Shown in pieces: positions 55,979 to 64,000 of a DNA stretch of 64,000 bases; within the stretch, counting starts at the first letter, position 1; the number at the start of each line of letters is the position of its first letter. Origin of the DNA: Euglena gracilis (Eukaryota); assembly GCA_039621445.1 (NCBI GenBank), contig CP154954.1:38177703-38241702 (forward strand). The letters run 5' to 3'. The notes under the pieces were generated by a model. That model saw nothing but the letters and a program-made list of their open reading frames with translations. It was not told the origin of the DNA and made no database searches. A program made the position numbers and the translations under genes.

Positions 55979-56922
55979 CAAGGAAAGGGCCTGCAAGACA
56001 TCTGCTCGGTTTGGCGTTGCTGCCACCAAAAGCAATACCTTGAGGAGGGGGGCATCAGGGTTGGCCCTCTTGGCCCTGTCCCAAAACCAAATATTTCTGA
56101 AATGAAATATTTTCCCAATCTTTCGAAAGATACCCAATGGAGACTAGGCACGGTGGGGAGCGGGTAGCGCAGCTTCACCCAAAGCGTGCCCCGGGCCCAG
56201 GGAATCGTTTCTTTTGGCAAGGAGAACCTTCATGACTCCCCGTGCGTCCACGGGTCGACGGCGTGTATTCGATGGGATATCTACAAAGAGCGTCCTGAGT
56301 GCTGAAGTGGTCAGAGGAAAACGGGCAAAGCCGAGGCGGAGATTGGGCCTGGCCCACAATATATGGGGGGGGGGCGCTGTGTGGCTGCGGCTGAATGCCC
56401 GTTGAGGACCCTTTCTTTGCAGAAGAAAGGACGGGGGTGGGGCGAACCGAATCCACTGACCAGTGGCTCAGCTTCAGTTCAGGGGAGTCAGGCTATGTAC
56501 AAAAGGTATAGGGATGGGGCAGTGATGAGAGGTGTTCAAAAACACGTCCCGGGGAGGTTGGGTTCTGCTGTGGCTTTGGAACGGTTCATGAAGGGGCACA
56601 AGGTGCCAGCCTTAATATATGTGGAGGGAGGGAGGGGGGGAGGGGGAGGTTGTGTGGCGCGGGTCCAGCCTTGTGGCATGGTTGCGTGCCACGCACTGTT
56701 TGCATTGGGTTGGATTGTATTCTATTGGGACAATGGTGTTGAGGTTTGGTGACTTTGCTGCCTAGCCTTGCGACGTCCTTGCCGTCGTTTGCAGGGTTGC
56801 GGTGAAATGCGGCGTGTATTTAGTTTGAGTAGGGAGAGTGAGAGCCTGTGGAGGAGGTGTCGGCATTTGCAGATAGTTCAGTTTAGAAGCACCACACAAG
56901 TTGTTTCGATATCTCTTTGGCT

Positions 56923-57150
56923 AACCGCCCCCCCCCCCTAATAGAAGCACGGGTGCGCTAATAGGGGACCGCCGGGGGGTGCGCTTCTATTTGGACCCTA
57001 CCTGCGCGGTTTTTGTTGATTTCCTTTAGAAATCCCATCAAAATGGGGGGGTGTGATTGTAGCGGACCGCCGCCTTCGGCGGCGGGGGGTGCGCTTTTAT
57101 TTGGACCCTGAGCTTGTAGCGGCCCCGTGCTTCTATTAGGGGGGGGTTCA
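56923..57150. mobile_element. MITE with cccctaatagaagcacggg TIRs
   Basis: Inverted ends; absent from the paralogous sequence at ~55697. Confidence 0.7.
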
Positions 57151-58121
57151 GTGTCAAGGAGAGGCCTAAGAAAAGGAACATGGTGGTGGGCGAACCGAAT
57201 CCACCGACCAGTGGCACAGCCTACTGGGTTTGCAGGAGAGGGGGCTATGTACAGATGGGATCATGCTATGGTAGTAGTGAGTGGGGATAAGAGATAAGGA
57301 GAGGTCGGCTCGCGCCGCTGGTTCGTGATCCGCAGTAGAGGTCAGCTCAAAGGAAGGACGGGACGCGGTGGGTGCTTGCCAGGACTTTTTTTTTTGGCAC
57401 GGCTCGGCACAGCTCGGCACGGCTCGGCTCGGCACGGCTCGTGCGTGTCTCGCACGTGTTGTGCCCGCGCACGTGTTGTGCCCGTGCGAGCGCGTCGCCT
57501 GTGTCGGCGTGCTGTTCTTTGCCGTCGGGACGGGTCACAAGGCCCCAAAATAACAAAATCCCTTGTGTTACCCACCCGTTTTGGGGGGCAAATCTCTTTT
57601 GTTGCCCGACTATCCGAGGGGGCCCTAAAACAACAAAACACCTTGTGTAACCCACCCGTTTTGGGGGACAAATCCCCAGTGTAACCCAACTGTTTTCGGG
57701 GGCAAATCGCCTTTGCTACCAAAACAAGAAACCTCCTTGTGTTTGCCCCCCCAAAATAGGTGGGTAACACAAGGGATGTTGCTATTTTGGGGCTCTCGAA
57801 CAGTTGGGCAACATAGGGGATTTGCCCTGTAAAACGGGTGGGCAACACAAGGGGCAACACAAAAACGTAAAACGGGTGGGAAAAACCTTTAAACCTTCCT
57901 AACATTCGCGGGCTGTTCCTAACGAGTTTGGCTGACAAGCCACACCGCCAATTTTGAATGCCAGCATGGTATAGCATGACTCTCCGAGTTCCTGCTTGTT
58001 TCAATTACAATCTTTACCCATTCCACCGCCCAATTCACCGGCTATCCACTGCCCCTCCCTTTACCCCCCACCACGCCCCTCAGTCTCTCTGTAAACCCAG
58101 CAATGGCAACACCTTGCGCAC

Positions 58122-59004
58122 CCCCACTGCCGGCCATTCCACCACCCCGACTCCCCCAAGCACCAACAGGCTGGCCCACACCTTATCGGGGTTTACGATG
58201 GGCTGTGATCCAAGGGAGACGCCACCAAGGATCTCTCCCTGGGTGAGCCCGGGCGGGCCTGTCCCTCCCCTGGGTGCTGCCGCAGTCCCCACTGCCGGCC
58301 ATTCCCCCACCCCGACTCCCCCGAGCACCAACAGGCTGGCCCACACCTTATCGGGGTTTACGATGGGCTGTGATCCCAGGGAGACGCCACCAAGGATCTC
58401 TCCCTTGGTGAGCCCGGGCGGGCCCGTCCCTCCCCTGGGTGCTGCCGCAGTCCCCACTGCCGGCCATTCCCCCACCCCGACTCCCCCGAGCACCAACAGG
58501 CTGGCCCACACCTTATCGGGGTTTACGATGGGCTGTGATCCCAGGGAGACGCCACCAAGGATCTCTCCCTGGGTGAGCCCGGGCGGGCCTGTCCCTCCCC
58601 TGGGTGCTGCCGCAGTCCCCACTGCCGGCCATTCCCCCACCCCGACTCCCCCGAGCACCAACAGGCTGGCCCACACCTTATCGGGGTTTACGATGGGCTG
58701 TGATCCCAGGGAGACGCCACCAAGGATCTCTCCCTGGGTGAGCCCGGGCGGGCCTGTCCCTCCCCTGGGTGCTGCCGCAGTCCCCACTGCCGGCCATTCC
58801 CCCAACCCGACTCCCCCGAGCACCAACAGGCTGGCCCACACCTTATCGGGGTTTACGATGGGCTGTGATCCCAGGGAGACGCCACCAAGGATCTCTCCCT
58901 GGGTGAGCCCGGGCGGGCCTGTCCCTCCCCTGGGTGCTGCCGCAGTCCCCACTGCCGGCCATTCCCCCACCCCGACTCCCCCGAGCACCAACAGGCTGGC
59001 CCAC
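58122..59004. repeat. 165-bp tandem array, ~5.3 near-identical units
   Basis: Unit starts 58122, 58287, 58452, 58617, 58782, 58947. Confidence 0.95.
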
Positions 59005-59392
59005 TGTCGGCTGCCGCTGGCGTCGGCAGCCAAAAATTTCTCAGAAAATTCCCAAAAACCCCCGGTAGGAACCACCAGAGGAAGTCAACCGCCACGCGAG
59101 TTGAATTGGAACCCCAGCAAATTTCAAGAAGAATTTGAGAATTCGATTTGAGAATCACAGAAGCAGAAAAGTCACCTGAGAATTGAACAATCAAAAGGAT
59201 CAATTCAATTCTTTCAAGAAATCAAGGCATTGCTTTCCAACTAGTCCCTACCCACCAACAGCAGGTGAACACAAGGTACCTGCCCATCCTCTCAACAAGG
59301 TTTGTCTTGTGCTGCTGGTTTGCTCACCTAAGTAGGTGGGTTGGTTTGTCTTTGTTGCTTCAGCCTTTCAGTTGAAAAGTTCAAGTTGGAAA

Positions 59393-60703
59393 ATGGGGAA
59401 AAACCAACAATGGTGGCAAAAAAAGATCCTACGCGGGGCAACTGGGGACCCCGGGTCGGGGGGGCACACCTCACCCCCATTACCGCCTGTTGATTTATTT
59501 GAAAAAGGGGCCCAACTTGCCAAAGGCCCTGGCCTGAGCCCACCAGGGCCAGAAAAAGTAATTTGTGGCCCCAGCCAAAGCAGCCCCCCCGGGCGGCGAG
59601 CGGGGTCCTCATCCCCCAACATGGTACGCAGAGGTGGCTTCACTGACTCTGTCAGTGAAGAATTTTTAGATTCCGTTGATGACAAAGAAATCAAAGAATA
59701 CTGTGACCAATTCAAATTGTTGGGAATTGAATTCAGTGATACCCAAACAGAGGAACAAAGAAAAAGGGAGGCTGAAATTCTAGCGTCTCAGAGGGAGTTT
59801 TGGAGGCTCAGATGTGAAGCAGCCATTGGACATTCTCATGGCCCTGATTCATGTTCTCCATGTCAATCTTGTAAAGCGTCAGGGGTAAGCCCAACAAGTT
59901 CACTGCCAGGAGAACCTGAAATTAAACCAGAAAGTGTTGACCCTTGTCCAAATGTTTTGCACATAAGAGGTGTGCGGTGTGAATCTGAATCCGGACAGCT
60001 GAGTGTCAAATCAGACAGTGTGGAAACTTCAGAGGTCACAAAACCTGAAACTTTTTATGACCCTTGGGATGAGTGGTGGCAAAAAGTTGAGGCAGGTATC
60101 ACAGAATTATTTTCAAACACTTTTTCTCTGAACCAGAGACTGACGAAACTGGAGGAAGTGCCCAGCCAAAGTGAGTCCAGCCACTTGGAGGGACGGATGG
60201 CTGAAATTGAAACCCGTCTGAGAAATTTGGCAGATGGTTTTCATGACCTTTTCACACGAACTTGCAGTGAAATTGAAAATCGTTTTTCTGAAAGGATCCA
60301 GTCCCTGTGTGAGAAGGGCGAGGCTCTGTCAAAACGGCTGGAGAGTGAAGAAAAGATTCTGGAGGAACGGCTGAAAATGCTTGAACTACAAATCGCTGAA
60401 AAGTTACAGCCCAGTGAACTGAAATTGCAAAGTCCAGAAAATTTTGTGCCTGTGAATCTGAATTCTGGACATGCCACGAATTTGCAAACATCATCAGTGT
60501 CTTCTGAGAAATCTTCCTCAGATTTTGCTGCACAGCCAAGAAAATTCAGACAGACGAAAAAATTCTGGAGGCCTGCCAAAAACAGCTGGAACGACTTTCA
60601 ATTTTTGAGACCAAGTTGGTTTCAAGATTGGTGGGTTTGGGACTGGCATTTAAATCCATGGAACAGCTGGGGGTGGTTTCCACCGTATCAGTGGTGGTGG
60701 TGA
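59393..60703 (+). CDS. Intronless 436-aa hypothetical protein with a long predicted coiled coil and Trp-rich C-terminus (possibly TE-encoded)
   Basis: Long ORF in moderate-GC, CpG-poor DNA; heptad-like L/I/E/K region; first ATG at 59393 after a pyrimidine tract with ttcag. Confidence 0.65.
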   Translation: MGKNQQWWQKKILRGATGDPGSGGHTSPPLPPVDLFEKGAQLAKGPGLSPPGPEKVICGPSQSSPPGRRAGSSSPNMVRRGGFTDSVSEEFLDSVDDKEIKEYCDQFKLLGIEFSDTQTEEQRKREAEILASQREFWRLRCEAAIGHSHGPDSCSPCQSCKASGVSPTSSLPGEPEIKPESVDPCPNVLHIRGVRCESESGQLSVKSDSVETSEVTKPETFYDPWDEWWQKVEAGITELFSNTFSLNQRLTKLEEVPSQSESSHLEGRMAEIETRLRNLADGFHDLFTRTCSEIENRFSERIQSLCEKGEALSKRLESEEKILEERLKMLELQIAEKLQPSELKLQSPENFVPVNLNSGHATNLQTSSVSSEKSSSDFAAQPRKFRQTKKFWRPAKNSWNDFQFLRPSWFQDWWVWDWHLNPWNSWGWFPPYQWWW

Positions 60704-63700
60704 ATTTTCTTTCAGCACAGGTCTGACTGGCACCGCACAGCATTTTACAGTGATCAGTATGTTTTTGTGGTTTGTTTGTGGCTTTGTGTTTTTTGTTTCA
60801 TACTTCTCTTGGTGAGCTGGTGTTGGAGGCAGATGCGCAATCAGCCAGAATTTAAATCTGGATTTTCAGTTCACAGAGTTTGGCTTATGGAAAAACAATC
60901 AAGTCAAACATTTTGAATCTGGTTTCTGGGGTGCATGTTTTTTCCCCAATTGCTTTCCACTTAAATGGAGACGCCCAGCCACGATGCTTGGGAATTTCTC
61001 CTAGTGTTCAGGCAGCCAGATCAATGATTTTCAGTTTCAGAGTTTTCAGTTTTCGGTTGTCCCAAATGTCATTTGGGGTGGGGCACGGTGTTGACATGTG
61101 TCACCATCCCAGACGGGGACAAATCAGTCATTTCAGGTGGAATTTTGGTTTGTGTTTTTGTTGGTCCTTTTTGTCACGGGACAGTTTTTCCAGAGAGAAA
61201 CTTTACCCCGGACAAGGACATATGTTGGAGAACCGGCACAGTTTTTGGGATTTTTCAGTCCAGTTTCATTTGTGGTTTTCGAGTGTGGCAGCCCAGCAGT
61301 CCTGTGGCAGGTTTTATCTGGGTTTTTGCCAATCCTGAGGTAGGGGAGACCTCTGATGGACCTCGTTACCAAAAAAAGTTTTTGGGAAAGCGCGCAAAGA
61401 GGGGTTCCAAGGGTGGGGCTAGACCCAGGCAAGGAATAAACACCCCTGTGGCCACCCATCTAAGGGCTCAGGAAAAGTTTCAATTTTCAGTCCAAGTGGG
61501 AACCAAGGTGGATTAACCCAGGAGGAAAAGGCACCCCTGAGGAAAATTCATTTTTGGGCCCATCAGTGGCAGCATCATCATTTGGTTCAGGTTTTCAGTG
61601 AAAAATCTGTTGATCTGTGGGTTGCACTTTCTGCGGCAATTTTTCGGCTGTGGAGTTTGCTTGAGGGAGAAAAACTCAGAAGTGGGGGACGCCTCACAAT
61701 GCAAAACTCCCAATGGTAATTTTTACAGTTTGAGGCTTGTTTGAGCAGTTTTCGTGTGACCCATTTGATGGATCAAGATCAGATTTTTAAGTGCCGTTTT
61801 GGTTCAGAGTTCAGTGGCATTTTCAGGTCGGTTCAGTGAGAAAATTCAGAAATCTGCCTTCTGTGTTGCCAGGGGTGAATTTGTGCGTGTGTGTTGCCTT
61901 GTCATGCAGGTTCAAGCAATCAATCACCGAGCAAGGAGAATCAAAAGAAGGAGCAAAGCAGTCAAATTATCAAGGATTTAGATTGAATTCAAAGATTTCA
62001 ACAGTTTGCAAAGAATCGATTGCAATGAACATTTCAAGTCGAGTTGGAGAACAGACTTCAATGATATCAATCATCAATGGGACCCAAGCAATTGAATTAC
62101 GATTGCCATGATCACAATTCAGAATGGTGGGTACATTTATTTTACTGAAGTGCTGGGGGAGAGAAGCTTAATGACCTCAAAGAGCCTGCAGTGGGCAGTG
62201 GCCCGATGCACGGCCACAGCCCAGGCCCAGGCCCAGGTTGGCTGCCCCCACAGCATTGAATCAGATTTTATCATGGTTTTGGGTCTCAGGACTTTGCTTG
62301 TGGTTTGGAGCCATTTTTTCTCCCCTCCTCGTGCAGCTGGGGGGGGGGGCTGTGTTTAGCCCTGTTTTTTTTGTTGGTGTGACGGATCAAAATCAGCTTT
62401 GGATTCACGGTTGGAATTTTTTGACTCAGAATTAGATACCCCTGTGAGACGTTTGGGTGGGGACAGGAATGCATCATACTGTGACCGTGATTGTTTTGGT
62501 CATACCCCAGATATGGCGGGGTTTGATGAAATTTCCATTTTTCTCATTTTTTTCGTCAAATGGGGATTCCAGTTTTGCAGCCAGGAATTTTTAACCCGTG
62601 GCCCTCCCCTGGTTGATGGGGGGGGCGGCATTGTGAAGGCCCGTCCTTTGACATGTGTTGAGATTTCAGCCGGTTGGGACATTACGGCCCAGGTTTGTGA
62701 ATTTCTTTTTTGTTTGGAGGCGGAAGCCAGGTTGTGCCCTCCTACCCTCAGGGGGGGGCAGCGAAAAATCGCCTTGGCCATTGGAATTGAATTTTCAGTG
62801 TTTTTAAGTTTGCCATGTCATTCGGCCCCCATGGCCCCATGTGACTGGGGGGGGCAGTGAATTTTAATTCGCAAGCCAGATTTTGTTGGTTTTGGCTCAA
62901 ATGAATCGGTTGGGCTGGATTTGCCTGGCCCATATACCCGATATGCTGCAGGATGTTGTTTCTGTTGGGTTGGTTGTTTTCGGTTGGGTTTGTTTGTTGG
63001 ATATTTGTTGGTTGGAATTCTCGATTTTGGGTTTTGTTGAGGGCTTTTGTAGGCCCTGGACTTGTAGGTTGGACTCAGATTTTTGATTTTTTTTAAGGAT
63101 TTTTTGTTTCTGGAGGATTTTTACACAGAGTTAGAAAAAAACCTGGGATTTTGATGATTTTTCTGAAGGTTAAAAAAAAACGAGTTGCGAGTTTTGGAAC
63201 TCAGTTTTTTGGTTCGGTTTGGATTATGGACATTCGTCAAAGGCATTTTTTTCATGGAACACAGCTTGGAGGCATCCGAACTCGGGGGGGGGGGACCCTG
63301 GACCGGAGATGACCCCTCCTCCGTCCAAAGGCCCTGGTGTGGGCCAATGTAAAAAAAAACCCAGCCACGTGGGCACTAAAGCCCTGTGATATGGTGGCTG
63401 AGGGCCAATGTGAAGCCCTGTTCTCTTTGCGTTCAAAAAAAAAAAATCGGCCCAGTCATTTTTGGGTGGAATGCATGACAAGGAAGTGAGCGTGCATACA
63501 CACAAAACACACAACCGCACACGCACACACCCATTGTACACTATCCCCGCCTTATAACCGTCTCACCTTTGCCTCACCGTTTGCTTTTTCTCACCCTCAC
63601 CGCTTTACCTTTTCTGTCCCGAATTGGAAAGGAATGCCTGGGTTTCTCTTTTTCTGTTCCCCACACAATTCATTTTCTGAGGCACTGTTGGCCAAAGTCC

Positions 63701-64000
63701 CTGATTTTTTTTAAAAAAAATCGACATCGAATGAAGTCTCGCATAATGAAAGCTGCCAAAAAGGATTTTGACCAAGGGGGTAGCGTGGGACTTAGGCCTT
63801 GCGGTGGAGTGCCCAGAGTTTGTTTCGTTTGGAATCGTTTTTCAGATTTTGTGTTCAAAGACCCGTTCCCCATGCTTGTCGGAGGAAAGGGGTGGGGGGG
63901 CTTCCCCCGAAGACCTGATTTTTCAGAGTCCCCCAAGGTGCCCGGTATCATGGCTGGGGGGGGGGTTGATTCGTAACACAGATTTTCAAAAAAAAAAAAA

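Noticed and set aside
55585-57295. LTR retrotransposon
   Set aside because: No TG...CA ends, PBS/PPT or gag/pol motifs seen
58122-59004. CRISPR-like array
   Set aside because: Units are contiguous and near-identical with no unique spacers; no cas genes; eukaryotic context. The same applies to the arrays at 35055-35625 and 49319-49516
57958-59151. 397-aa (+) and 331-aa (-) ORFs called as genes
   Set aside because: Length is explained by a 165-bp (3n) unit repeated; coding status unproven, kept only as a finding

Overview
Eukaryotic, TE-dense genomic DNA, probably from a euglenid (inferred from intron architecture). Long G/C homopolymers look error-prone and cause 1-nt frame ambiguities. Most of the window (~1-49.3 kb, minus strand) is one large multi-exon gene: a short N-terminus, a C2-like beta domain, then an array of duplicated phase-1/phase-1 Gly/Pro/Ala-rich cassette exons (5 'Y' copies, 10 'WX' copies, 1 chimera, 2 small 'Z' exons). 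Most introns are GT-AG. Four are hAT-like MITEs (short TIRs, 8-bp TSD) inserted in coding sequence; removing 3 nt + element + 5 nt (one TSD) restores the frame, matching euglenid non-conventional intron geometry. For one insertion, empty-site paralogous exons exist in the same gene. Introns and intergenic DNA are packed with nested MITEs (8-bp-TSD hAT-like, 3-bp-TSD Harbinger-like, foldback-like) and one decayed Tc1-type element with five ~50-nt introns. The right end has a tRNA-Leu(CAA)-like gene with an inverted half-copy, a perfect 48-bp-arm palindrome, and a 165-bp tandem array in front of an intronless 436-aa coiled-coil ORF with a Trp-rich tail and unknown function. All calls are manual; no searches were run.
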